Shown here one piece after another: positions 35,300-44,486 of a stretch of DNA of 64,000 nucleotides. Within the stretch, counting starts at the first letter, position 1. Each line of letters begins with the position of its first letter. This DNA is from a virus. A program made the position numbers and the translations under genes. Where the stretch lies: the IMG/VR virus record IMGVR_UViG_3300009124_000001, one strand, 5' to 3'. The notes under the pieces were generated by a model. It ran no database searches, had not been told where the DNA came from, and worked only from the letters and a program-made list of their open reading frames with translations.

Positions 35300-37513
35300 T
35301 TAAGGAGTGCCAGCACCACCATCGCCAGCAGATTTAGCGTTCAGGAGGAAGGTGTAGTCCTCAGATGCTGTCTCGAAACCAGAGACACCATAGGCAAGAT
35401 CTGCGGCAGAAGAATATACCAACAGATTTTGACCAGGACCAATAATAATGCCTGAAATTTTGTCGTAGTTGTTAGCAGCAACAGATACATCGTATGCGAT
35501 GTAATCTTCCATGTTGGTATATGTTCTTGCAGTTGCGCCTGCCTGATCACCAGTACCAATGCCATTGGTATCAAATGTCAGGTTTGCAGCACCGCCACCA
35601 CCAAGGACAGCATCAGTCAATGTAAGAGTTTCAGCGGATGCATAATCTTTACCACCATTGACCAAGGTAACAGTAGCAGCACCAGCACCATCAACAGTAA
35701 CATCTACTACAAGACCCGTTCCGCTACCACCAGTAGGAGACAGACCAGCATAAGTTCCAGCAGTACGAGCAGGATCAGCGGCACCAACATTATTTAGAGC
35801 AAGAACCTTGCCCGTAACTACTTGGGTCATAACGCGATTAGCATCTGCGAGAGTTGGAGTATCGTAGAAGTAATCATTGACAGCAAAGTCAGCAGAATCT
35901 CCATCAAGGGAGATCTTCAATACATTGCGAGCAGCATCGAAGTCATGTACGAAACCCCATGCACCAGGAATTACACCATTTGCTTCAACAGTATATGTTG
36001 TACCACCAATCGTGAACTGGTCAGCAGGACTCCACGGACCACCACGGAGTTGATAGATATAGATTTCCTGATAGGTAGGGATCAGAACTGTGGCGATTGG
36101 GTGACCAAATCCAGCGTTAGCATCAGGAGTATTTGCAACAGCAGCTTCTGCATATGCATACAGGTTAAGTGGAGTAGCGCCAGTGATTTCAATTTGAAGG
36201 AAACCATCTGTACCAGCAGTACCACCCTTAGTAACACCACCAGTATATTCTGTACCAGTCAGACTCTGAGTGCCATCTTGCTCTTCCGAGACACGGAATG
36301 GATGACCAGTGTTAGAAACATCTGATTGATCATAACGATAAACTCTTTCATTATCGAAGTTGGCAATTGTAGCACCAACCAGAGGATACTCATAAGGATT
36401 GGATGCACTATCAGCAGCAACGATAAATCTATCAAAATTCTCTACATCAGTAGAACCCTGAGAGAAGTTAAGGTCAATAGTAGCAGAAGATGTGCCACCA
36501 GAAACTGATTCTGCTTCTGTAAACCAGTTCAGATAATAGTCACCAGAGTCAGTCAGTTGAGTAATCGTAGCACCATCATTGTGGTTGACATCAGATGTAC
36601 CATACTGACCACGAGTCACAGTCAGGTCGTTACCTGCAACAGTTTCAATGAAAAGAATTTCGTTATCAATTCTGATGTAAGAACCTTCGAGGAAACCAGT
36701 AGCATCTGTTACAGTCAGAGTAACATCAGATGCAGCATAGGTAGCACCCTCACTAATAGTTGTAACTGTTGCGGAATCAATAAAAGACTTAGCAAACTTA
36801 CCAGCAGGGATAGGAGAAGCAGTCGTACCATACACACCACGGGTAACAGTCAACTCATTAGTTGTTGTGTTAATACCAGAGGGATCAATCTGAATAATCT
36901 CAGTGCCTCCTACTGTTGGATCCGAGGTGAGTGCCAGCAGAGTGTTATCTGCAAGACCAGTGTTACGAGATACCTGAACAGATGTTGCACTATTGCTAAC
37001 ATCAGGAGTGGTCAACCACAGTTGTCCAGTAACACCATCAAATGCGCGGAGCGTACCAGTCAAACTAGAAGTTGCACCAGTAATTGTCTCACCAACTTGA
37101 AGAATACCAATCAGGTTATCAATCAGAGTGTCAACAGGATATACCTTATCGACTTTAACGTAACGATTGATGGTTGCAGTATCCTTGAACACATCAAGAA
37201 GTTTAGCGATACCACCATTGACACTTGCAATGTCTGTACCAGGAACTGCGGCAGTGAATGTGATACCAGGGGAAATTTTCAGTTTATAGGCACTGATCGG
37301 ATTACCCTTCTGGAAATTATACTGAGAAGGATAGTTGCCATCCAGAGTCAGAATTTGATCGTAATCTCTCAGAGCAGCACGATAAGTAGCGGCGCTACCG
37401 CTCTGATTCGCAACAGTCAGCACAGTTGATGCTGTTGCTTCAATGTTAACTCGATAGAGTTCTGTATTAGTAGTGGCAGCGGGTTTTGACGCTGCGAGTC
37501 TTCCTGCTGTCAT
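35300..37513 (-). CDS. Virion structural protein
   Basis: GRLAA.KP.ATTNT.LY; IDNEI..LTVTRG.YGT repeats. Confidence 0.75.
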   Translation of the reverse strand: MTAGRLAASKPAATTNTELYRVNIEATASTVLTVANQSGSAATYRAALRDYDQILTLDGNYPSQYNFQKGNPISAYKLKISPGITFTAAVPGTDIASVNGGIAKLLDVFKDTATINRYVKVDKVYPVDTLIDNLIGILQVGETITGATSSLTGTLRAFDGVTGQLWLTTPDVSNSATSVQVSRNTGLADNTLLALTSDPTVGGTEIIQIDPSGINTTTNELTVTRGVYGTTASPIPAGKFAKSFIDSATVTTISEGATYAASDVTLTVTDATGFLEGSYIRIDNEILFIETVAGNDLTVTRGQYGTSDVNHNDGATITQLTDSGDYYLNWFTEAESVSGGTSSATIDLNFSQGSTDVENFDRFIVAADSASNPYEYPLVGATIANFDNERVYRYDQSDVSNTGHPFRVSEEQDGTQSLTGTEYTGGVTKGGTAGTDGFLQIEITGATPLNLYAYAEAAVANTPDANAGFGHPIATVLIPTYQEIYIYQLRGGPWSPADQFTIGGTTYTVEANGVIPGAWGFVHDFDAARNVLKISLDGDSADFAVNDYFYDTPTLADANRVMTQVVTGKVLALNNVGAADPARTAGTYAGLSPTGGSGTGLVVDVTVDGAGAATVTLVNGGKDYASAETLTLTDAVLGGGGAANLTFDTNGIGTGDQAGATARTYTNMEDYIAYDVSVAANNYDKISGIIIGPGQNLLVYSSAADLAYGVSGFETASEDYTFLLNAKSAGDGGAGTP

Positions 37514-37520
37514 TTGTTAA

Positions 37521-38855
37521 TTACCATCCTGCCTGGAAAAATGATTGTAGTCTAAGTTGCCCACCAAGTACGGGAGCGGCGATTGCACCACCGAAACTAA
37601 CGCCCAGTGATTCAGTGTTGTTAGTGGAGAGAAGTGTTGCATCACCAGCAGGGAATCTGATAGTGACCGCTTCTTCAATGTTTGATGCATCAATGATAAC
37701 GACGCCATTCAGACTATCTGGGTTGTTAATCTGCATGTTCTCCATTGTCTTGTTAGCGAGAGTTTGAGTTGCTCGCTCAGCGACAATGACATTGGCACTC
37801 GTTCCATTATTTAGCGGTGCGACAACAGACCCCTGGGGGAATGTCCAAGAGTAGTTGGTGTTGTCATTCAGGTTGCCAAGATTGAATGTAATTTTTTTGG
37901 ATGATTCTGTTACATCCTCAAAAATGGCACCTTTATATACTTTGTTAGTGAGAGTTTGAGTTGCTGCCTCACCAACGACTGTTACGTTCAAGTCGGGGAA
38001 CGTAACAGTTCTATTGCTAGTAAGTAGAGATGAGTTGAAGATCACATAACGAGTAGGATCATTCTCATCAGTAGATGGTGTATTAGAGAACGTGGGGTTA
38101 ACCATGTTCTTGTTATACACATTCTGCTCAGTGATATCGTCAATCAGAGTAGATTGAGAAGCAGTAGCACCGAAGTCAGGCAGACGATAAATCTTTTGAC
38201 CAGGGGCATTCCATGCATCAGTCTCAAATCTTGCAATCTTAGCGGTATCAGTAGAACCAGTAATGCTAAGATCCGAGTCTTTAATGATGATGGTTTTGTT
38301 GGTGATAGACTGGAATGTATCAGTCGCAACCAAAGTTGTTACTGTATTACTACCAACCGAAGGGAAGTCAAATCTCTTCGTACCACCAGCAGTCGAAACA
38401 GTGTCAACGTTAAATACAACTCTCTTCGATGGGTTTTGATCCCCAGTGAAGTAAGTTGTGGAATCGTTGAACTGTGTGATACCTGAGACACTAAAATAAC
38501 CACTACCTTGTGGTTGAATAATCATGTTGGCATTTGCAGATGCCGAATCTTGAACTGTGGTTCTGATAGTTGCAGAACCGTCAGTGTTAGAGATTCTAGT
38601 ATTATACAGTGTGGCAGTACCAAAGGTAAAACCTAATTCATTCACATTACTTTGGAACAAACCTGTATCTCGGTCCAAGTCAAATGCTAGACCTGGCGCT
38701 GCTGCTGACCCCGCAGAAATAGATCTGAAAAGTTGATTAACTTTTGACTTTCTGTTAGGAATCAGAGGATCCGAAATGACGATAGGGAGAATTGCTTCTC
38801 CCGTTACCAGTTCGTCCGCAATAGTATCAAGTTGTGATATTCTTTTAGTTCCCAC
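37521..38855 (-). CDS. Virion structural / fibre connector protein
   Basis: KRISQL; PGLAFD.D.DTGLF; repeated TQTL.NK. Confidence 0.75.
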   Translation of the reverse strand: MGTKRISQLDTIADELVTGEAILPIVISDPLIPNRKSKVNQLFRSISAGSAAAPGLAFDLDRDTGLFQSNVNELGFTFGTATLYNTRISNTDGSATIRTTVQDSASANANMIIQPQGSGYFSVSGITQFNDSTTYFTGDQNPSKRVVFNVDTVSTAGGTKRFDFPSVGSNTVTTLVATDTFQSITNKTIIIKDSDLSITGSTDTAKIARFETDAWNAPGQKIYRLPDFGATASQSTLIDDITEQNVYNKNMVNPTFSNTPSTDENDPTRYVIFNSSLLTSNRTVTFPDLNVTVVGEAATQTLTNKVYKGAIFEDVTESSKKITFNLGNLNDNTNYSWTFPQGSVVAPLNNGTSANVIVAERATQTLANKTMENMQINNPDSLNGVVIIDASNIEEAVTIRFPAGDATLLSTNNTESLGVSFGGAIAAPVLGGQLRLQSFFQAGW

Positions 38856-38884
38856 TGATCACCATCGACGCTGTTCTTCCAAGT

Positions 38885-38892
38885 TATTTATA
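38885..38892 (-). promoter_or_regulatory. T4-type late promoter heading the fibre operon
   Basis: Exact TATAAATA. Confidence 0.8.
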
Positions 38893-39214
38893 AGTCCAGC
38901 GGTCTCTCACCTTGGATCAATTGCTTGAAAAGTTGGTATTTTTTGTAATGCCTCTCATGGTAGTCAATCCAATCCTGAACTTCACTAAGAAGTTCTTCGT
39001 AGAACTGACGTGGAGAGCATTTGTCATCATTTAGATAGTCACCAACCTGATCGGCAAGACGATCGCGGCGTTGTTTTGCATAGATCCCATCATTGAAAGT
39101 TTCGGGGTCAGGAGAAACAATTTTAGGTGCCCCCTCTTTGGGGGGAACACACCAGGGATTGCAATCCAGATCCTTCACGATCTCTTTGTAGAGATCATCC
39201 TGATTAACACTCAT
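38888..39214 (-). CDS. Hypothetical protein
   Basis: ORF track; has its own sigma70 promoter. Confidence 0.8.
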   Translation of the reverse strand: MSVNQDDLYKEIVKDLDCNPWCVPPKEGAPKIVSPDPETFNDGIYAKQRRDRLADQVGDYLNDDKCSPRQFYEELLSEVQDWIDYHERHYKKYQLFKQLIQGERPLDL

Positions 39215-39239
39215 GGAATTCCTTCACACGGACTAGGAC

Positions 39240-39268
39240 ATTATAGGCATTTTGGGCAGATCTGTCAA
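39240..39268 (-). promoter_or_regulatory. Consensus sigma70 promoter
   Basis: TTGACA-N17-TATAAT. Confidence 0.9.
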
Positions 39269-39483
39269 CGTTGCCCACACCAGTAACCACCTCTGGGTTT
39301 GTCTGCACAGATCCACACGGTCGTGCCACTGTTATTCCAGTGGCGGATCACCCCTGCGACAATGAAACAATTAGTGACAAGATAAGTGAGAAGTATAACA
39401 GTGCGTATACCAGCAATGATATCTGCCTCTCCCTTTTCACGTCCTTCTTTTTTTCCGAGTGCATAGCACCAGAGTCTCCACAT
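39265..39483 (-). CDS. Small membrane protein
   Basis: MWRLWCYALGKK..IRTVILLTYLVTNCFIVAGVIRHWN; start trimmed to clear the tRNA. Confidence 0.75.
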   Translation of the reverse strand: MWRLWCYALGKKEGREKGEADIIAGIRTVILLTYLVTNCFIVAGVIRHWNNSGTTVWICADKPRGGYWCGQR

Positions 39484-39500
39484 GGTCTTAGGTTTAACAA

Positions 39501-39572
39501 CTCCCCCTCCTGGGATCGAACCAGGGACCAAACGATTAACAGTCGTTCGCTCTACCGCTGAGCTAAGGAGGA
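39501..39572 (-). tRNA. trnN: tRNA-Asn(GTT)
   Basis: TCCTCCT acceptor, TAGCTCAG D arm, ACGA-CTGTTAA-TCGT anticodon arm, GGTTCGATCC; CCA not encoded. Confidence 0.95.
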
Positions 39573-39579
39573 ATGAGAG

Positions 39580-39653
39580 AGCCTGATGTCGGACTTGAAC
39601 CGACGACCTACGGTTTACAAAACCGTTGCTCTATCCAGCTGAGCTAATCAGGC
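39580..39653 (-). tRNA. trnT: tRNA-Thr(TGT)
   Basis: GCCTGAT/ATCAGGC acceptor, ACGGT-TTTGTAA-ACCGT, GGTTCAAGTCC; CCA not encoded. Confidence 0.95.
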
Positions 39654-39910
39654 ACATCTTGGTAATTTTCGATCAATTCAGACATGTCAAAAAGGATGGG
39701 GTGACATTCTTCTTCGATCAGATAGGAGGACCATCGGTATAGATCCTCCATCTTGAAGTGTGGGTTGCAGTTTGCTGCTGCAACCACATCAGGATCTGTT
39801 ACATCAAATCCTTCGTCATCAAAGGTGAACGGAAGTCCACCAATCATGTACATTTTAACTATGCCACAAGTGTCGAGATAACAAAAGGCGTTTGTTACTT
39901 TGAACTTCAT
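39644..39910 (-). CDS. Hypothetical protein
   Basis: IVKMY.I.G.PFTFD..SSYLIEEECHP. Confidence 0.8.
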   Translation of the reverse strand: MKFKVTNAFCYLDTCGIVKMYMIGGLPFTFDDEGFDVTDPDVVAAANCNPHFKMEDLYRWSSYLIEEECHPILFDMSELIENYQDVPD

Positions 39911-40122
39911 TGGCAGTGCGCTTCCTCTTTCATGAGAGAGTAGATACGTTCTTCGATCGCTGTAAGTGCTTCATTGAGCGTAACCTTTGCACTACTATGT
40001 AGGGTAGTGCCATCTTCATATGCCAGAAGCGTATAGTGCCACTTGCAATCGTGGTCACTACGCCACAGTTTCACGTCAACTGTTAAGTTCCTTCTGCATT
40101 GCAGAGAGTTCGTCTGAAACAT
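39907..40122 (-). CDS. Hypothetical protein
   Basis: ORF track, start trimmed/uncertain. Confidence 0.55.
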   Translation of the reverse strand: MFQTNSLQCRRNLTVDVKLWRSDHDCKWHYTLLAYEDGTTLHSSAKVTLNEALTAIEERIYSLMKEEAHCQ

Positions 40123-40357
40123 ACTGTCGGACTCCAACGGGATCGGGTTGCCATCCCTCGGGAAGAGGTAGTGGCGGGTTGTTAGCAGTCTCGATGGCAT
40201 CGAGTGCTTTCTGATAATCAGGGATCGGAACCATGAGTACAGCGGGTTTGTCGTCCTGAGTTATCTTAATTGTATGACCTCGCTCTACCAAGGTCAAGCA
40301 AAAATCGAAATTCTTTTCGACTTCTTCCAATTTCACTTCGATGATCTGGGCGTTCAT
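40076..40357 (-). CDS. Phd/YefM antitoxin-like protein
   Basis: EVKLEEVEKNFD..L.LVERG.TI.IT.DDKPAVLMVP. Confidence 0.65.
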   Translation of the reverse strand: MNAQIIEVKLEEVEKNFDFCLTLVERGHTIKITQDDKPAVLMVPIPDYQKALDAIETANNPPLPLPEGWQPDPVGVRQYVSDELSAMQKELNS

Positions 40358-40358
40358 A

Positions 40359-40550
40359 TCAGAAACAGTAAGTACGGGAATCAGAGGGGAGACGTTCTTG
40401 GAGGAAATTGCAGATCTGGGCAAAACCCTCTGCACCTTCTTCGTCGAAGTGGAACTTCACAGTTTCGTCGTAACCTTCGTCATCTTGGATGACGATACGA
40501 CGCTCATTGAAGTAAATGAAGGCGTGGTTGACAAATTGAGGAGAAATCAT
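40359..40550 (-). CDS. Hypothetical protein downstream of gp5
   Basis: TAATG overlap with gp5 stop. Confidence 0.75.
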   Translation of the reverse strand: MISPQFVNHAFIYFNERRIVIQDDEGYDETVKFHFDEEGAEGFAQICNFLQERLPSDSRTYCF

Positions 40551-43132
40551 CAGTTAAGCATCACAGGTAGACCGTAAATTTGGGTGGGTCCGAGGGAACA
40601 CCCGAAGGCAGCGAGACCAGTACCTACCCCGTGGGATAGGAGACCAGACGAGACCTGATTCACAATAGCACCGCTGCCACCAGTAACAATCTCGCCTATG
40701 CCACCTGTCGGAGTGGCCACGAGTGTCATGTGAGCACCAGAACCAGAACCAGTCACGATGTCTGCCATACCAGCAGTACCCTTGCTGCCCAGTGCCATAC
40801 GAACATGCATTGAAGGACAAAGACTGTTCATAGGACCGTCCATCGTGATATCAACGATAGAACCGTTGACCAGACTATAAGATCCAGTGAACACTGGCAT
40901 AGTCTGGAAGATCGCGATGACATCCATCCTACCACAAGTGAGGAATGATGTGATCCACGATGCTTCGTTTACGATCTCACCTGTTGCTTTGTTGGTGATA
41001 GTGGTTGCAGATGTGTGTACGTCAGGAGCATCCATGGTGATACCAGAGATACCCTTGATGCGTACGCGGTTACCTTGAAGAGTCAAATCGCCGTTGTATG
41101 CGATCTCATGGTCACCTGCTTTGGTCGAAACAGATTTTGCTTCTTTCTCTCCTGCCTCAAAGTTTACGCTCTTCGATGCATCTTGCAGTTTGGAAACAGC
41201 AGCGTCGATAGCAGTTGTTGCCTGCTGCGTCCACTGATTGTTGTCCTTGCCGAGAGGATTGCCAGCATCGTTTTTACCTTCTGCCTTACCACCAGCACCA
41301 TTGGATGTATGCTCGTTGAAAGATCCATTGACTTCAAGGTGGAAGTCACCCATCACCTTCAAATAATAATCACCTTCAATGGTATGAACAAGATTGTTCT
41401 TGACGTTCTGAATAAGGTCGCGACCAAAGATCGCAGTCTCATTACTAGGAACGTTCTTGTGAACATTACCTTGCTTATCCTCAAAGGTAGTGACACCACC
41501 AGGACCAGATCTGATGCGCTTTTCCTTCCCAGGTGTTGCGTCATCAATCTCTCTGGCACCATTCAAGAACATCTTCGTTTCCATAAGGAAAGGATTCATG
41601 TTCTGGAAGAACTTATCGAAGAAGTTCCCACTGTTGCCTTCCTGTTGAAGACCTGAGGAGCAATCAGTTCCCTGCGCTCCACCAGGACCTGCAAGTTGAG
41701 CACCAGTATCAGCACATTCGGTGGTTCCTAATAGTGGAATCCACCCCTGACTCTTCGGTTTTCGTGCCTTCCTACCACAATCAACAAACGATGCAATGAT
41801 ATCAACGATCAAAGCGATCAGGTTGAGAACATTAGCGAAGTTGAGTTGAGTGAAGTCAATCTTGAACAGAGTGTCAACAGCACGAGCAACTTCTTGGATC
41901 TTAGGAATTGCTTGCACAGCACTCAGGATAATATCAAAGACCTTGGTAACTGTATTGAGAACCTTACAGATTGCCTTTTGGATATTTTGCAGTGCCTTCG
42001 TCACATAATCAGAGATCATGTTAAAGACCTTATTGATGGCATTCATGATGACTCCAAATATAGAGTCAACAAATCCACCAATATCACTCAATATACTACT
42101 GACAGCATCCAACCAACCAGGAACAGGTTGACAGAAAATATCCGTAATGATCTTTTTGATCAGTGTAATCACAGTTGTAACCACACCAAGGGGGATGAGG
42201 TTAGACAGCAGGTTCACAATCTTACCAATTGCTTCCTGAATCTTCTGTGCCAAATAGTCTTTGATAGGTGCCACCATACCTGTGACAGCATTAACAACAT
42301 AGTTAGAGATGTTGCTAATACTTTTCAGGATGTTGTTACCTGCCTGAACGTGTCCAGTGATAGCAGAGACTAGGTTACCACTATCATCAGCACCAAGAGA
42401 ACCAATCTGAACACCAAGATCTGTGAGCATACGCTTCAAATCTTTGGTGAACGAGTTGGAGTTAGTGCCAGGACCATGCACACCATCAGCGATACCACCT
42501 TCCATAGACGGTGGACCGATCGGGTTGGTGTATACGTTAAAGGGATTCTCTACCTCCGCTCTACTAACAGCACCACGAGAATGCTCTTCACCACCAGTTG
42601 CACTACCAGCAGTGGCACCCTGAGATTTAACGAACGGGTGACCAGCATTTACATCCTGGTTGCCGTAGTCTTTCTTCTGTGGTGTATTAGTTTTGAACTG
42701 ATCAGCGACGGTAGGATCAGCGACGACAGTTGCAGGCATATCCTGAGGATTGCCGCGACCATCTTTGGTTCCCTTATTTTCTGCATGTTTGAATCCTCGG
42801 AATGCACCAAGGACACAGGGAAGTTGTGCCTCATCCCCGTCGAGAAAGAAACCCATGACAGTAGCGCCAGGTTGCAATTCACACGTTGAACCTGCGTTTT
42901 TAGTCTGAGGTCTATCGTTTGGTAGGAGTACCGTTGCCCAGGGTAGAACTTCTCTTGGCATCTCTTCAAGATATGCCGCCGATCCATCCTCACCAACCTT
43001 TGCCTTGGTGTACCAACCAAAGATACGAACTTTGACTCTGCCTAATTGAGAAGGGTCATTGTTATCTTCGACCTCACCTACCCACCATTGGAATCCATCT
43101 CTTCCTGCAAAACCAGTATTAGTGCCCAGCAT
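40550..43132 (-). CDS. gp5: Baseplate hub/spike gp5 (OB fold + beta-helix)
   Basis: GFQWWVGEVED..DP..LGRVKVRI..LPWA..GFFLDG..AQ.P.V.G; IDDATPGKE; IEGDYYLKV.GD. Confidence 0.92.
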   Translation of the reverse strand: MLGTNTGFAGRDGFQWWVGEVEDNNDPSQLGRVKVRIFGWYTKAKVGEDGSAAYLEEMPREVLPWATVLLPNDRPQTKNAGSTCELQPGATVMGFFLDGDEAQLPCVLGAFRGFKHAENKGTKDGRGNPQDMPATVVADPTVADQFKTNTPQKKDYGNQDVNAGHPFVKSQGATAGSATGGEEHSRGAVSRAEVENPFNVYTNPIGPPSMEGGIADGVHGPGTNSNSFTKDLKRMLTDLGVQIGSLGADDSGNLVSAITGHVQAGNNILKSISNISNYVVNAVTGMVAPIKDYLAQKIQEAIGKIVNLLSNLIPLGVVTTVITLIKKIITDIFCQPVPGWLDAVSSILSDIGGFVDSIFGVIMNAINKVFNMISDYVTKALQNIQKAICKVLNTVTKVFDIILSAVQAIPKIQEVARAVDTLFKIDFTQLNFANVLNLIALIVDIIASFVDCGRKARKPKSQGWIPLLGTTECADTGAQLAGPGGAQGTDCSSGLQQEGNSGNFFDKFFQNMNPFLMETKMFLNGAREIDDATPGKEKRIRSGPGGVTTFEDKQGNVHKNVPSNETAIFGRDLIQNVKNNLVHTIEGDYYLKVMGDFHLEVNGSFNEHTSNGAGGKAEGKNDAGNPLGKDNNQWTQQATTAIDAAVSKLQDASKSVNFEAGEKEAKSVSTKAGDHEIAYNGDLTLQGNRVRIKGISGITMDAPDVHTSATTITNKATGEIVNEASWITSFLTCGRMDVIAIFQTMPVFTGSYSLVNGSIVDITMDGPMNSLCPSMHVRMALGSKGTAGMADIVTGSGSGAHMTLVATPTGGIGEIVTGGSGAIVNQVSSGLLSHGVGTGLAAFGCSLGPTQIYGLPVMLN

Positions 43133-43620
43133 TATATTTGTGTGAAATCTAAGGTCCGTACATTATTTAGTCGCTGAAACTGAAACATCCCTTCCTCTGG
43201 CAACTTGCCCCAGGCAAACTCACCAGTTTCTAGATTGTACCCAGTATCAAGTGATCTATATGTTTGACCGTTGAACTGGACTTCGCTGACCACCCTTGTA
43301 TCCCGTAAGATACAGTCACCATCTAACTCACCGAACCACCATCCATCAAAGTATCCAAATTTCCACGAGCAACTTGGTTCGTTGGTGAGTAGATTAGTTG
43401 ACTGCGTGAAGACAGTAATATCATTCTCATAGGTTAGATTAACCTGAAAATGACGGTAGGGTTTGTCTTCACCTTGGTAATTATACCAGGACTTCATATG
43501 AAGTGTCAAGGGAGCAACTTTTGTGTACAAGATATTAATCTGTGGCCACTTAGTTGGATTGGACTGTGCCTGTTTCTTATTCAGGTAGTGTCCACATATC
43601 ATTTTCTCAAATAAGGTCAT
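43132..43620 (-). CDS. cpeT: CpeT/CpcT-type bilin lyase
   Basis: GHYLNKKQAQSNP..W; SWYNYQG..PYR; YRSLDTGY...WG. Confidence 0.88.
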   Translation of the reverse strand: MTLFEKMICGHYLNKKQAQSNPTKWPQINILYTKVAPLTLHMKSWYNYQGEDKPYRHFQVNLTYENDITVFTQSTNLLTNEPSCSWKFGYFDGWWFGELDGDCILRDTRVVSEVQFNGQTYRSLDTGYNLETGEFAWGKLPEEGMFQFQRLNNVRTLDFTQI

Positions 43621-44185
43621 ACCATCCAGTCACAATAATCTTCTCTTCATTAGGCGCAGGCAGACCTTTGTGCATATGTGTCCAATCTGCTGGCCAAATA
43701 AGGGTCAGTCCCTTGACAGGTTTCACCTTGCAGTTCTGTGTCTCAAAATATGTCTCGCCTCCTTCTTCCACATCATTAAGATAGGTCATCCATGCCATGA
43801 TTCTACTGGCACACTGTGGATGATTACTTCCCCTTTCACAATGTAATTTCTTAAACCCACCATCAGGTGGATACCATTGAATATTAAAATCCTCTGTGAG
43901 ATCCCAATTGATTGTTTTGAGTTGAGGATAAAAATTACAGTATTCAGTTGTAACTGATGCTAATTGATCGATGTAATTTGTGATACGACGATCTTTCAGA
44001 TATCTAGGAATCGTTAGATCCATAGAATCCTTGATGTTCTTGTCTATACCGTTACCATGATGCCCAGGTTCAACTTGTAGGTATGTGCATTCTTGATAGA
44101 ACTCTATCAGTCCGTCACATACAGCAGGATCTATTTTTCCACCACCGATGAAACTATAAGGGGCATCTATATCCAAGTAATCCAT
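43607..44185 (-). CDS. 2OG-Fe(II) oxygenase (prolyl-hydroxylase-like, HxE..H)
   Basis: FNIQWY..GGF..HCER; WMTYLNDV..GGET; WPADWTH.H.G; KIIVTGW. Confidence 0.9.
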   Translation of the reverse strand: MDYLDIDAPYSFIGGGKIDPAVCDGLIEFYQECTYLQVEPGHHGNGIDKNIKDSMDLTIPRYLKDRRITNYIDQLASVTTEYCNFYPQLKTINWDLTEDFNIQWYPPDGGFKKLHCERGSNHPQCASRIMAWMTYLNDVEEGGETYFETQNCKVKPVKGLTLIWPADWTHMHKGLPAPNEEKIIVTGWYDLI

Positions 44186-44223
44186 AAAGCTCTAAGACTG
44201 CCCTTTCAACCCTGACAGTGTTG

Positions 44224-44252
44224 ATTATAATGATTTATCGAGGTCTTGTCAA
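44224..44252 (-). promoter_or_regulatory. Consensus sigma70 promoter
   Basis: TTGACA-N17-TATAAT. Confidence 0.9.
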
Positions 44253-44461
44253 TCGTCGTAAACGAGACACTCGGGTTCAGAAGGATTGGCGTCGCAATAC
44301 AGTTCTAGGCAGTTGGGATCATGATGATCATTCGGATGATTTTTATGATATGATTCTAGTTGTCCCAATTCATCTTCAAGATGGCGGCGACGTTGAGCAG
44401 AGATCTGAGGATTTTGAAGTTCATCCTTATCTGCATCAATGTGCTGTTCGATACTTTCCAT
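44249..44461 (-). CDS. cp12: Calvin cycle inhibitor CP12
   Basis: SIEQHI..RRRH.E.EL..L..Y...HP.DH.DP..LELYCDANPSEPECLVYDD. Confidence 0.95.
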   Translation of the reverse strand: MESIEQHIDADKDELQNPQISAQRRRHLEDELGQLESYHKNHPNDHHDPNCLELYCDANPSEPECLVYDD

Positions 44462-44486
44462 AATTGGTTAGAGGAGTATGATATAT

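Noticed and set aside
39484-39531. N-terminal extension of ORF 39265..39531
   Set aside because: Overlaps tRNA-Asn; ATG at 39483 is the better start
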